A DNA stretch of 64,000 bases, from positions 244,701 to 308,700 of the forward strand of contig CAZMZH010000003.1 in the NCBI GenBank assembly GCA_964570665.1, read 5' to 3'. The position numbers and the translations under genes were made by a program. Source of the stretch: an uncultured Nitrospinota bacterium (GTDB lineage Bacteria > Nitrospinota > Nitrospinia > Nitrospinales > JAJDAT01). Positions 1 through 9,845 of this stretch are shown here, in pieces. Each line of letters starts with the position of its first letter. Position 1 is the first letter of the stretch. The notes under the pieces were generated by a model that saw only the letters and a list, made by a program, of their open reading frames with translations, was not told where the DNA came from and did no database searches.

Positions 1-170
1 GAAGAACCTGGAGGAAGTTTGAAGAGCGCGTCATGAGTAAGTGGGTCGTCAAATGTTTCTAACCCAGACATAGCCGCTTTACCGCCCAGAGCAGGGTAAC
101 GCGAAATAAGCCAAAAGCTTAGACAGACTAAAACTACAAAAATTAGTAGAATGATAGCGCGACGAGGCAT
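1..170 (-). CDS. N-terminal fragment of a membrane protein (gene continues beyond the left edge)
   Basis: Minus-strand ATG at 170-168, frame open to base 1. My translation is MPRRAIILLIFVVLVCLSFWLISRYPALGGKAAMSGLETFDDPL..., a basic N-terminus plus one hydrophobic helix. It is absent from the ORF track only because it is truncated. Confidence 0.4.
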   Translation of the reverse strand, partial: MPRRAIILLIFVVLVCLSFWLISRYPALGGKAAMSGLETFDDPLTHDALFKLPPGS

Positions 171-271
171 AGCCGACTATTTTAAAAAAAAACTGAATAA
201 ATGGTCCAGAGTTTTTTTATTATTTTTAGAAAAATACAGATAGATCTTTAAAAATTTTTAGATATTTTTGC

Positions 272-1798
272 ATGGAAGATTTGAATTCTACAGATAAGGA
301 AAATCGACTGCGATACGCAGTTTGTTTTTTTTTATATGCATTTTCGGCCACTGCCTATTCTGTTTTAGACGCTGAAACTGATTTGTGGGGACACATTCAA
401 TTTGGCAGAGAGATTTGGGAAAAAGGTTTTATTCCGTCTTTTGATAGTTATTCTTATACTGTCAACGGTTTTCCCTGGATTAATCATGAATGGTTAACAG
501 AAGTATTTTTTTACTTAATTTATAAGCAATTTGATTCGACAGGGTTGTTGATATTTAAACTGGCCCTTGGATTTTATATTACCTGGTTATTATCTAGTTT
601 TTATTTCTCAAAAGAAAAAAACCTTTTTATTTACGTTTTATTTTTTACGCTTTTAACCGCAGTGTTGACTATTCGGTTTACAACGCGGCCTCAAATATTT
701 TCTCTGCTTTTTTCGACGATCCTAATTGTTTCTATTTATAAGTATTTTGATGGAAATAAAAGATGGTTAAAAGTATTTCCAATTATTTTTGCATTTTGGA
801 CGAATTTGCATGGAGGCGTTCTAGCGGGTCTGGGCGTCCTCGGCTGCGTAGTTTTTATCGAAAGCGTTCGCTCTATTTTTCAAAATAGATCGTTGGACGT
901 AACGCTATTATTAATATTTGTAATTTCACTCTGCGCATTATTCGTCAATCCATATGGATATAAACTGCCTCTATTTTTTTTGGAAACCATATCAAAATCT
1001 AGAGAAATTTCAGAATGGAAAAGTATTAACCTTTTTGATACGACATTTTTACATTTTAAAATAATTGCATTTTTAGCGATGCTCTCGATTTTTTCTAGGA
1101 GAGAGAAAAAAATCTGGGAAATAGCTATAGTGGGTGGAGCTATTTTTTTTGCATTTAGGCACGTTCGACATATTGCTATTGCCAGTATTGTTTCAGCGCC
1201 TTTTATCTTATTCAATTTATCTGAAATATGTCGTCGTTTAAAATTTTTTCAAATTGCAGAGAAGTTTTTAGAAAAGCGAGCGATATCGACAATATCCGTA
1301 ATTATCGCGATTGCTTTTCTGCAAGGAAGCCTTGTCCTTCAGAAGTATTGGAACGCGAAATTTAGAATTACGGTGAATCCGTTGGTCTTCCCCGTTTATA
1401 CGGCCGAATTTATGGCTATAAATAAGATTGACGGTAATCTATTAACGCCTTTTGATTGGGGAGAATTTTTTATATGGAAACGCCCTCAATCTAAAGTTTC
1501 TATCGATGGAAGGTTTTGGACTGTTTACCCAAATAAAATTTTTATACATTTTCTTGTTTTTGAAGAAGGAATGACCGGTTGGGAAAATGTCTTATCTATT
1601 TATCCTAGAACCGATTTAATAATTTCTAGTAGGAAAAATAAAAAGTTGCGGCAAATAAAAGGTTGGGTTCTAATTTTTAAAGGTTTGATTGCCGATATCT
1701 ATATTCGCAAAACCGACCCCCCTTCGCCGCTTCTTCGGAAACATTTAAATAATAAGTTGTTAATTCCAAAGGAAGCGCCTAGTCTGTTTTTTCCATAA
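272..1798 (+). CDS. polytopic inner-membrane protein, GT-C-like glycosyltransferase/polymerase fold suspected
   Basis: ATG ORF of 508 aa with hydrophobic helices along almost the whole length and a soluble C-terminal part. Family not identified from sequence alone. Confidence 0.6.
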   Translation: MEDLNSTDKENRLRYAVCFFLYAFSATAYSVLDAETDLWGHIQFGREIWEKGFIPSFDSYSYTVNGFPWINHEWLTEVFFYLIYKQFDSTGLLIFKLALGFYITWLLSSFYFSKEKNLFIYVLFFTLLTAVLTIRFTTRPQIFSLLFSTILIVSIYKYFDGNKRWLKVFPIIFAFWTNLHGGVLAGLGVLGCVVFIESVRSIFQNRSLDVTLLLIFVISLCALFVNPYGYKLPLFFLETISKSREISEWKSINLFDTTFLHFKIIAFLAMLSIFSRREKKIWEIAIVGGAIFFAFRHVRHIAIASIVSAPFILFNLSEICRRLKFFQIAEKFLEKRAISTISVIIAIAFLQGSLVLQKYWNAKFRITVNPLVFPVYTAEFMAINKIDGNLLTPFDWGEFFIWKRPQSKVSIDGRFWTVYPNKIFIHFLVFEEGMTGWENVLSIYPRTDLIISSRKNKKLRQIKGWVLIFKGLIADIYIRKTDPPSPLLRKHLNNKLLIPKEAPSLFFP

Positions 1799-1936
1799 GT
1801 TGAGGTAAACCTTTTATTCTTTCATTGATCGGTGGTACCTGTAATTATTTATTGATAAAGTGGTTGGGAGAATTAAATGCAAAATAGTTTTTACCTAAAA
1901 ACTTTATCTTAGTTAAAAAATATTATTTGATAAAAA

Positions 1937-3238
1937 ATGTTAAAAAAAACATTAAGCTTTTTAGCCATTTCTTTGGGAGTAATTTTTTTTGTTGAATTAG
2001 GAGCCTATGGTTTTTTTTACGTTAAATACGACCAAATTATTCCAAGAAAAGATATTCAATCAACCTTATTTCTTGAAAAAGAAACTGAAGAATTCCATTT
2101 GAAGAACGATGTTTATATTAATGATATGGATGTTAATGAACACGTTCTCCATCCTTATTTGGGTTTTGTAAGAAACTTTCGCAAAAAAAGACATATTTTT
2201 GATGAACGTATTATCCAGGCGCCTGTGAATGTTTTTGGTTTTTTTGGACCGTCTCTAATAAAGAAGCGAAAAGATAACCAAATACGAGTCGTAATTACTG
2301 GCGGGTCGGTGGCGGCTCAATTATATCTATATTCACAAGACCGTTTGGTGAAAACGCTTCAAGAAATTGAAGTATTTAAGAATAAAGAAATAAAAGTTTA
2401 TTCATTGGCATTAGGGGGAATGAAACAGCCTCAACAATTGATTGCGTTAAATTGGTTTTTAGCTTTAGGAGGCGATTTTGATATTTTCGTTAATGTTGAC
2501 GGTTTTAATGAGTTAGCTCTTCCTCAAATAGATAATATCCCGGTAGGGGTATTCCCGTTTTATCCCCGTAAATGGAATTTGTATGCGGCGAAATCTATGA
2601 ATGAAAAAACAATTAAGCTTTTGAGTAAGGGAGCCAATTTGAAAGAAAAGAAAGAAAAGTGGAGACGATTATTTTCAAAGAATCCTTTTAAACAGAGTAA
2701 TTTTTTTTTGACGGTTTGGTATGCGCTTAAAAATAAAATAACGAATGAGTTAGTTTCTCTCCATAATCAAATACAGAGCGAAATGAAGTCTAGAGCTAAA
2801 TCGTCTCAAGAAAATGGTCCGACTTATTCAATGGATTCTCTTGAAAAAACGTTGCAAGAATCTGTGAGTTTTTGGAAAAATAGTTCCTTGCAAATGAGAG
2901 ACGTTTTGGAGTCCAAAAATGCTAGATATTTTCATTTTCTTCAACCCAACCAATATTTTAAAGGGTCCAAACCTTTAAGCGTTTGGGAAAAACAATATGC
3001 GGTTTCACAAAAATCAAAGGCGGCGGAATCTATTCAATTGGGTTACCCTATGTTGATTAACGCGGGACAGGAGTTGAAAGAAGCTGGTATTCAATTTATA
3101 GATTTAACGGGTCTTTTTAAAAATGAGACGGATACTTTATATAAAGACTTTTGCTGTCACTACAATCAGATCGGGAATGATATCCTGGCGAGAGAAATAG
3201 GAGTAAATATAAAAAAATCTTTTTCTGCGCGCAATTGA
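1937..3238 (+). CDS. membrane-anchored SGNH/GDSL-hydrolase-like protein (GGS variant), function unknown
   Basis: 433 aa. N-terminal TM anchor LSFLAISLGVIFFVELGAYGFFY. Block-I-like IRVVITGGSVAAQ and C-terminal DFCCHYNQIGNDILA, which resembles SGNH block V. The same pattern recurs in 19062..20903. Confidence 0.5.
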   Translation: MLKKTLSFLAISLGVIFFVELGAYGFFYVKYDQIIPRKDIQSTLFLEKETEEFHLKNDVYINDMDVNEHVLHPYLGFVRNFRKKRHIFDERIIQAPVNVFGFFGPSLIKKRKDNQIRVVITGGSVAAQLYLYSQDRLVKTLQEIEVFKNKEIKVYSLALGGMKQPQQLIALNWFLALGGDFDIFVNVDGFNELALPQIDNIPVGVFPFYPRKWNLYAAKSMNEKTIKLLSKGANLKEKKEKWRRLFSKNPFKQSNFFLTVWYALKNKITNELVSLHNQIQSEMKSRAKSSQENGPTYSMDSLEKTLQESVSFWKNSSLQMRDVLESKNARYFHFLQPNQYFKGSKPLSVWEKQYAVSQKSKAAESIQLGYPMLINAGQELKEAGIQFIDLTGLFKNETDTLYKDFCCHYNQIGNDILAREIGVNIKKSFSARN

Positions 3239-3297
3239 TGAAACTTTTAAAGACTGTTTTTTAGTAAGTTTCTCAAAGCTTTATTTCTAAATTTAAA

Positions 3298-3336
3298 AGA
3301 TCCCGGCCGATGGAAGCAAACCAACGGCCGGGATCT
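3298..3336. terminator. bidirectional intrinsic terminator between convergent genes
   Basis: Perfect 12-bp GC-rich stem AGATCCCGGCCG (3298-3309) / CGGCCGGGATCT (3325-3336) with a 15-nt loop. T-rich tracts follow on both strands (gttagtttttt on +, tcttttaaat on -). Confidence 0.7.
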
Positions 3337-3341
3337 ATCGG

Positions 3342-4244
3342 TTAGTTTTTTGGCGCTTCTTTATCGCGCGCGCAGCGGAAACCTACTATGCTATCTTTTC
3401 TTCCTGAGTTGGCTGCAAACCGTTTTGCGGTTCGAACGTCTACTTTACGAGCGTCCCAGGACCCGCCTCGAAAAACATGGTTTTTCTTTTTTCCAGGACC
3501 CGTCGGATTCATAATAGGCGATTCTTTATAGTAGAATTGATCGTAAAAGTCGGTTACCCATTCCGATGCATTCCCTGCCATATCAAATATCCCATAAACG
3601 CTACGGCCCATAGGAAAACTTCCGACGGGGCTCATGTATTTAAAACCGTCAGCCTCACCGGCGATATTAGCTCGTTTTTTTAAAAACTTATTGCCCCAGG
3701 GATAAATTAATCCATGAGTTCCTCGAGCTGCTTTTTCCCATTCCGCTTCTCTTGGCAACCGTTTACCTGCCCATTTACAATAGTTGGTGGCATCCATCCA
3801 TGAAACCCCCACAACAGGATACTCTGGCGTATCTAAAACTGATTGATCCCCTTGGAAAAAGGGAACCGACGGTTTGACATAATTTGCCGCTCGCATAAAC
3901 ACATTATAATCTTTTACGGATACCTCGTATTTATCTATGAAGAAAGAGTCTAAATAAACTTCTTTTTCTGGTTTTTCATCATAGCCTCCGGAATCCGAAC
4001 CGCGAGTGAACACCCCTTCCGGTATTAAAACCATTTCCCTGTCGTCGTCGCCGGTTGTAGTCTCATAGATGCTAAAATCCCGGTTGTCGTCAACGACAAG
4101 ATTTTTAGATTTAGCTTGTATTTTTCTAACTTTTTCGTCGTATTCGATCGATTTCTTGATTTCCCATACAATAGTCAAGGCGAACGCAATGGTGATGAAA
4201 AAGGCTAGAACGATTCCGACCATTAATTGCTTGTTGCTTTGCAT
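3342..4244 (-). CDS. membrane-anchored formylglycine-generating-enzyme (FGE/SUMF1) domain protein
   Basis: 300 aa. N-terminal TM LMVGIVLAFFITIAFALTIVW. FGE-sulfatase motifs VSWMDATNYCKWAGKRLPREAEWEKAARG, FRGGSWDA and VGFRCARD. Confidence 0.85.
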   Translation of the reverse strand: MQSNKQLMVGIVLAFFITIAFALTIVWEIKKSIEYDEKVRKIQAKSKNLVVDDNRDFSIYETTTGDDDREMVLIPEGVFTRGSDSGGYDEKPEKEVYLDSFFIDKYEVSVKDYNVFMRAANYVKPSVPFFQGDQSVLDTPEYPVVGVSWMDATNYCKWAGKRLPREAEWEKAARGTHGLIYPWGNKFLKKRANIAGEADGFKYMSPVGSFPMGRSVYGIFDMAGNASEWVTDFYDQFYYKESPIMNPTGPGKKKNHVFRGGSWDARKVDVRTAKRFAANSGRKDSIVGFRCARDKEAPKN

Positions 4245-4586
4245 AAATTTTGCGCTTGTAAGGTGATTAATGACTGCGAATTGACTAGTTTACCGAGCTT
4301 GCTAAACAAAGTAAACCTTTCTATTCTATTGTTGTAAAGGGAAGAGACAGTTTAGAGCTTCGATAAAATAATTATTTTTATCTAAAACATTGAAGTTTAG
4401 CTGAAGATGTAATCATCAGGTTTTTAAACGGTTAATATTTTTAAATCCTCGGTTTGTCGCTTAAGTATTATAGATATAAATATGTTTGGGATGGTTATAA
4501 TAGTTTTGGTTATTTTTGTTTTAATTATTTAGATCTAGACTATTCTCGATAACAAACTGAAAAAACGTTTTTTAGGAAAAAATAAA

Positions 4587-5363
4587 ATGGAATTAATGGA
4601 AGCAAAAGATACGGCGCTTTCTTTTTTAAAACCCGCAATCGCGGAAACTTTGAAATGGTTTAGGGCGGATTTTAAAGTAGAGTTAAAAGAGGATCAAAGC
4701 CCTGTAACGATAGCGGATAAGAATACCGAAGAGATTTTGCGAAAACATATTTCTAAAAACTTTCCTGGTCACGGCATTATTGGAGAAGAATTTGGGGAGA
4801 AAACAAATGAAGGAGAATGGACTTGGACCATAGATCCAATAGATGGAACTCGTTCATTTATTCGTGGGTTGCCTTTTTATTCTATTTTGATTTCACTTTT
4901 GCATCATGGCGAACCCGTTATTGGAATCGTTTCATTTCCTGCTTTGGGAGAAACGTATTGGGCGGTTAAAGGACAGGGGGCTTATTGTGGAGATTTAAAG
5001 GTTAAAGTTTCCGAAGAAATGCGAATCGCAAAATCATTAGTGGCCACTGCCGATAGATATTGTTTCAAAGAAAAGAAGGCCTTATTTTTATTGGAATATT
5101 TGAGTCGCGAAGCAAGCTTGATTCGAACATACCCTGATGCATTCGGTCATATTTTGGCAATTCGAGGCGCGGTGGATGTTATGGTCGACCCTTGGGCTTA
5201 TATTTGGGATTTTGCGCCCTTAAAAGTGTTGGCGGAAGAAGCTGGGGGGGTATTTATCAATTTTCGAGGAAATAAAAACGATATTCGCGAGGGATCTGCA
5301 ATTGTAGGGAATAAAAATCTGGCTAAATTAGTAAAAAGAGCCTTAGAGAAAGGAAGTCCTTAA
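4587..5363 (+). CDS. inositol monophosphatase family protein (IMPase / HisN-like phosphatase)
   Basis: 258 aa with the IMPase signature WTIDPIDGTRSFIRGLPFYS and an upstream GEE metal site (IIGEEFGE). Confidence 0.85.
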   Translation: MELMEAKDTALSFLKPAIAETLKWFRADFKVELKEDQSPVTIADKNTEEILRKHISKNFPGHGIIGEEFGEKTNEGEWTWTIDPIDGTRSFIRGLPFYSILISLLHHGEPVIGIVSFPALGETYWAVKGQGAYCGDLKVKVSEEMRIAKSLVATADRYCFKEKKALFLLEYLSREASLIRTYPDAFGHILAIRGAVDVMVDPWAYIWDFAPLKVLAEEAGGVFINFRGNKNDIREGSAIVGNKNLAKLVKRALEKGSP

Positions 5364-5368
5364 TAAAA

Positions 5369-5749
5369 TTATAATTCTTGCCGCCCCGCAAATCCTGAAT
5401 CTAGATCATGCCAATGCGTAATTTTTGTTTCTGGGTTTTTCCAGCAAAGATAAACCTCTTTGCCTTCTCGCATAGCTGGAAAATCGACTAAGCCTTGATC
5501 TAGGCCTTTTATGACGCAACCTCTGTTTTTAAGGCCGTTTAGTAAGGAGTTGAACTTTAGGGCAAATACTAAGTATTCGGGACCTTGTAGGCTACCTCCA
5601 TTTTCGTTTGCTTTTTTCCATGCCTTTTTTACATCCGGAAACTTTTTAGATAGAGTTTGTGACAAACTCTGAATTTCGGGAATTATTTCTAAAAGGTGAG
5701 GAACTAGAGAGTTAGCTTCTTCAACGGTAAAATATTTTTTAAATGTCAT
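5369..5749 (-). CDS. DUF2203-like small protein
   Basis: 126 aa. The N-terminal KYFTVEEANSLVPHL and C-terminal GLVDFPAMREGKEVYLCWKNPE..HWH match my recollection of the DUF2203 family. Confidence 0.6.
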   Translation of the reverse strand: MTFKKYFTVEEANSLVPHLLEIIPEIQSLSQTLSKKFPDVKKAWKKANENGGSLQGPEYLVFALKFNSLLNGLKNRGCVIKGLDQGLVDFPAMREGKEVYLCWKNPETKITHWHDLDSGFAGRQEL

Positions 5750-5976
5750 TATAAAGATAGGCGTGAATAGTTAGTTGCGATTATAATTTATTAAAGTTTT
5801 GTTTCCAAGTAGGCAACGTTCTTTATCTTTTCAATAAATTATCCTTTGTGAGAAAAAAACCTTTTATTTCATTGAGTTAGTGAAGTTTTGATTCTCTTTA
5901 ATTAATTAGGAAAATTATAAAAAAGTTTTTTAGGTAAAAAAATGATGATTTTAGGGTTTTAAAAGGCTTTTTTTCA

Positions 5977-6005
5977 TTGACAAATGCCCCTTAAGGTTAT
6001 AAATT
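5977..6005 (+). promoter_or_regulatory. sigma-70-type promoter candidate for the 6141 gene
   Basis: TTGACA (5977-5982), 17-nt spacer, TAAATT (6000-6005). An alternative -10 is TATAAA at 5998-6003. It lies about 135 nt upstream of the ATG. Confidence 0.5.
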
Positions 6006-6140
6006 TCCACGAAAGAAACGTGTTTTTTATTAACAGGCTATATAGGTTGGCATAAAAAGCGGTTATTTGTACCCGGTAGGACTTTTCGCTTTTTATGTAT
6101 TAAATATTTAACTAGTAAAATTATTTGGGGAGGCTTAATA

Positions 6141-6608
6141 ATGAAAAAATCTTTAGTTGTAGCCGCTGTTTTGGCTTTCGCTTCTGTATTCGCTTTTGGT
6201 AGCGTAGCAATCGCGGATGACACAGTTCCTGGGGCTTATGCTCAGCAAGACCAAAGCGTAATGGGTGTTACACAAACCATGATGCAAATGGGCGCAAGAG
6301 ATCGAGCTTTGACCGACGCTGTTAACCGTGCTTCCGGCGCTGCTTTATCTAGAAGTTCTTCTGTTGGCGTGAACGTAGACTATCAATTTGGTTCTTCTCA
6401 AACTGATCAATCTTGGAAACAACAACGAACTGTTGCAGAAGCTTCTGTTCATGGTTTAGTTGTTGGCGACTGCCAAGGCGATAACTCTGACGATGCATAT
6501 CGAAGACAAATGAATCAAAATCGCAAAGGATATTCCAAAGAAAAATTGGTATCTAATGGCGACTGTGAAAATATTCATTCAACCATTAATATTGGCGCTG
6601 TTGAATAA
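6141..6608 (+). CDS. small secreted protein of unknown function
   Basis: 155 aa. Strong RBS GGGGAGG 8 nt upstream. Signal peptide MKKSLVVAAVLAFASVFAFGSVAIA. Q/S/N-rich mature part with two GDC motifs. Flanked by a consensus-like promoter and a strong terminator. Confidence 0.75.
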   Translation: MKKSLVVAAVLAFASVFAFGSVAIADDTVPGAYAQQDQSVMGVTQTMMQMGARDRALTDAVNRASGAALSRSSSVGVNVDYQFGSSQTDQSWKQQRTVAEASVHGLVVGDCQGDNSDDAYRRQMNQNRKGYSKEKLVSNGDCENIHSTINIGAVE

Positions 6609-6627
6609 GCATTCTTAAAAAAAAATT

Positions 6628-6663
6628 AGCCGATAGGGGTTTCCCCCTATCGGCTTTTTTTTT
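6628..6663 (+). terminator. rho-independent terminator
   Basis: Stem AGCCGATAGGGG (6628-6639) / CCCCTATCGGCT (6644-6655), 4-nt loop, then a run of 9 T (6655-6663). It starts 20 nt after the stop codon. Confidence 0.9.
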
Positions 6664-6753
6664 GCCTGAAACTTGCTAAAATAGATTTTTTACCCCCTTC
6701 TTACATTGCTTCAAATTGATAAGAGCTATTAAATTTAAAGGAATAATTAATCG

Positions 6754-7932
6754 GTGGGAGTTCTTTCGGGATTAGACGTTTTTTTTAAAGAACCAACTAA
6801 ATATGTCCAGGGAAAGAACTTGGGACTTTTAGTAAACCATACGAGTTTGACAAGAAACTATTTTCATTCAATCGTTCATTTAAAAAGTAGGAACGATTTG
6901 AAGATTATTAAATTATTTGCTCCTGAGCATGGCCTATATGGCGTCGATCAAGACATGGCGAAGATCGCAGATGCCAAAGATCCAGTTTCAGGCTTAGCTG
7001 TTCAAAGTTTGTATGGAAAAGACTCAAAATCTTTAACGCCTTCTGTTGAAGCGTTAAATGATATTGATACTCTAATTTTTGACATCCAAGATATAGGGGC
7101 CAGGTACTACACATTTATTTATACAATGGCCAACTGCATGAAAGTTTGCAAAGAGGCTGGAGTGCGTTTTGTAGTTTGTGATCGACCAAACCCTATTAAT
7201 GGAATTCAAATAGAAGGAAATCTAGTTCGAGAAGATCAACGATCATTTGTGGGGCAGTATCCTTTATTGAACCGCCATGGAATGACCGCTGGAGAACTTG
7301 CGCAGCTTTTTAGAGAGGAATTTGAGCTTGATTGCGACTTAAAAATCGTTCCAATGGAAGGTTGGAAACGAGAAATGTGGTATGACCAGACAGGGTTGCC
7401 ATGGGTGGCGCCTTCGCCCAATATGCCGACTTTAGAGACGGCGGTTATATATCCGGGAATGTGTTTAATTGAGGGGACACATCTTTCGGAAGGCAGGGGA
7501 ACCACTCAACCGTTTGAACTTGTTGGAGCGCCCTACATAGATTCTCCAAAGTTGGCGAATGAATTAATTAAAGAAGACTTGCCTGGCGTGTTTTTTCGCC
7601 CTCATTACTTTAAGCCGACATTTCAAAAGTGGGCGAATCAAGTTTGTGGTGGAGTTTTTATTCATGTAACAGATCGTACAAAATTTAAACCGTTTTTGAC
7701 CAGCATTGCGGTGATTAAGGCCATCGCGAAATTATACCCAAACGAATTCGAATGGAGAAAAGAGCCTTACGAATTTGTTTCGGATCGACCGGCTATAGAT
7801 TTGTTATATGGTTCTACCGAACTAAGAAAAAGTTGGTTATCGCCTGAAATGATTTTAAGCGAGATTGAAGCTTCATGGGAAGACGATAAAGAACGATTTC
7901 AGGAAATAAGAAAAAAATATTTACTTTATTAA
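6754..7932 (+). CDS. DUF1343 family protein (NamZ-type exo-beta-N-acetylmuramidase family)
   Basis: 392 aa, GTG start. Family-typical strings LVNHTS, IFDIQDIGARYYTFIYTMANCM and CDRPNPINGIQIEGN. Confidence 0.75.
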   Translation: MGVLSGLDVFFKEPTKYVQGKNLGLLVNHTSLTRNYFHSIVHLKSRNDLKIIKLFAPEHGLYGVDQDMAKIADAKDPVSGLAVQSLYGKDSKSLTPSVEALNDIDTLIFDIQDIGARYYTFIYTMANCMKVCKEAGVRFVVCDRPNPINGIQIEGNLVREDQRSFVGQYPLLNRHGMTAGELAQLFREEFELDCDLKIVPMEGWKREMWYDQTGLPWVAPSPNMPTLETAVIYPGMCLIEGTHLSEGRGTTQPFELVGAPYIDSPKLANELIKEDLPGVFFRPHYFKPTFQKWANQVCGGVFIHVTDRTKFKPFLTSIAVIKAIAKLYPNEFEWRKEPYEFVSDRPAIDLLYGSTELRKSWLSPEMILSEIEASWEDDKERFQEIRKKYLLY

Positions 7933-7959
7933 CCTTTTTTTGGGGGTTAATGAAAGCCT

Positions 7960-9603
7960 TTGACCAATCCCTTCGCTCACTATGAAATTCGTCCGGAAGT
8001 ATCCCTCCTTTTAATTATATTTTTAACGTTTATCCATGTTACCGCTAACGATTTTATAAACTTCGACGATTCTTCATATGCAATTTTTCAGAATCCACTT
8101 ATAAATGAATTTAACTGGAATACGTTAAAACTAGTTTTTTCACAATCCACCGCTGGGTTCTACGATCCCATTTACATAATATCAAATTATTTTGATTACC
8201 TCATTTGGGGGCTGCATCCAGGAGGATTTCACTTAAATAATTTAATAATTCACGCAGTTAACGCGCTATTAGTTTTTAAGATCGCCTTTCGATTGACTAA
8301 AAATATGGGGTTAGCCTGGTTAGCGGGTTGTTTTTTTGGAATTCACCCAATTCAAACAGAAGTTGTAGTTTGGGCCGCAAACAGAAAAGATACGCTTTCT
8401 TTATTATTTGGTTTGATAGCTTTTTATATTTATCTCTTAGGAACTAAAGACTCTAGAGCTCCTTTCAAATATTGGGTATTTTCTATTGTTTGTTTAATTA
8501 TTGGTATGGGAGCAAAGCCCACAATAATAATCATTCCGACCATTATTTTAGCCGCTGAAATATTTTTTATTAAAAGCCCTTTTAAAAAGATTTGGACATT
8601 TCAACTAATTGCCAATGGACTGGCAATATGTTTTATTTTGATAACATTTCCTCTGGCGCTAAAGGGAGAAGCTGTTGATCCCGCTTTAGGCTGGACTTTA
8701 TCAAAGCATCTAAGTTTTTTTTCTTATTTATATATTTATTTTATTAATTTAGCTTTATTCCCGATAAATTTAAGCGGTCTTTATTTAATTTCTTCTGAAA
8801 GATCGTTTGACGGGGTGACCATAGCGATACTATCTATTGGAGTAGGAGGGGTATTTTATCTTTTAAAAAACTTGAAAAACTTATCTTCTTTTTCGATTCA
8901 AAAGAAATCGATTCTCTGGGGCGCGATCATATATCTAGTCGGTTTGCTTATGTATACAAACATTGTTTCGCGACATATTTATTTGGCGGATCGCTATCAA
9001 TACCTAAGTTTTTTAGGCTTTAGTTTGTCTGTTGCTGGTTGCGTTTATTTGATCAAGCGTTCAAGACTAAGAATGCAAGTAGGAGTTTTATTAATATCAA
9101 CGTGGATTATTTTAACGATAATCCGAGTTTCCGATTGGAAAAGCAGTTCTTCTTTTTGGGCCGATGTGGACAGTAAACGCAATATTTCCCTGCATCAGAA
9201 GAAAATGAACTTAGGTAATGCTTACGCTTTTGAACGTAGATGGAAGCAATCTGCCGATGAATATTTAAAAATTAATTACGGTCAAGTTGAGGACATTGCT
9301 AGGTTATTTCAAATTGCAGATATTTTTCAGTCGGCAGGCGAATTTTCTCAGGCCCATCGGATCTTATTTTCAATTATGGAAAAGGGGCCAATGAAAAGTC
9401 ATGCTTTTTTCAGGTTAGCGGTTATGAATTTGGCGCAAGGAGCGCCTGATTCTGCAGAAAAGGTGTTGAAAGAATATGGAAAAAGGTTCCCAGATTGGTT
9501 AGTAAGAGAATTGAGAGAAGTAATTGATTTAGACCGTTCTGGGCAAAAACAAAAAGCATTTAAAGAGCTAAATCTTATAAGAGAAAGAATTAATTCAAAC
9601 TAA
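7960..9603 (+). CDS. GT-C (PMT/ArnT-like) polytopic membrane protein with C-terminal TPR-like domain
   Basis: 547 aa, TTG start. N-terminal roughly 400 aa is multi-TM with PGGFHLNNLIIHAVNALLVFKIAFRL, typical of PMT_2/ArnT-like proteins. Soluble helical-repeat C-terminus. Confidence 0.65.
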   Translation: MTNPFAHYEIRPEVSLLLIIFLTFIHVTANDFINFDDSSYAIFQNPLINEFNWNTLKLVFSQSTAGFYDPIYIISNYFDYLIWGLHPGGFHLNNLIIHAVNALLVFKIAFRLTKNMGLAWLAGCFFGIHPIQTEVVVWAANRKDTLSLLFGLIAFYIYLLGTKDSRAPFKYWVFSIVCLIIGMGAKPTIIIIPTIILAAEIFFIKSPFKKIWTFQLIANGLAICFILITFPLALKGEAVDPALGWTLSKHLSFFSYLYIYFINLALFPINLSGLYLISSERSFDGVTIAILSIGVGGVFYLLKNLKNLSSFSIQKKSILWGAIIYLVGLLMYTNIVSRHIYLADRYQYLSFLGFSLSVAGCVYLIKRSRLRMQVGVLLISTWIILTIIRVSDWKSSSSFWADVDSKRNISLHQKKMNLGNAYAFERRWKQSADEYLKINYGQVEDIARLFQIADIFQSAGEFSQAHRILFSIMEKGPMKSHAFFRLAVMNLAQGAPDSAEKVLKEYGKRFPDWLVRELREVIDLDRSGQKQKAFKELNLIRERINSN

Positions 9604-9671
9604 AGGTAGTGAATTAAATTCTACGAAAAATGGTATAAAAATCTTTATTTTATTGAAAATGGCTCTCAGTA

Positions 9672-9700
9672 TTGACAAACTCTTTAGGAGTTTGTATATT
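9672..9700 (+). promoter_or_regulatory. near-consensus sigma-70 promoter upstream of dnaG
   Basis: TTGACA (9672-9677), exactly 17 nt, TATATT (9695-9700). This implies a leader of about 140 nt before the dnaG TTG start. Confidence 0.6.
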
Positions 9701-9845
9701 CCTTTTTGGAAGCGTTTTTCCTATTAAATTTCATAGTTTACGAAGATTTTCGAGGTTTTCTGCCAGCCTAAATCATGCGATTTTAGGGACTTAGCTTCCC
9801 TCATGCCGCTCTTTTTAATCGTCCTTTAGGAAAACACTCTAGGTT

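Noticed and set aside
9604-9845. Missing rpsU or another small gene upstream of dnaG
   Set aside because: Forward-frame translation gives only ORFs of 2-23 codons, none of them S21-like. I treat the region as promoter plus leader.
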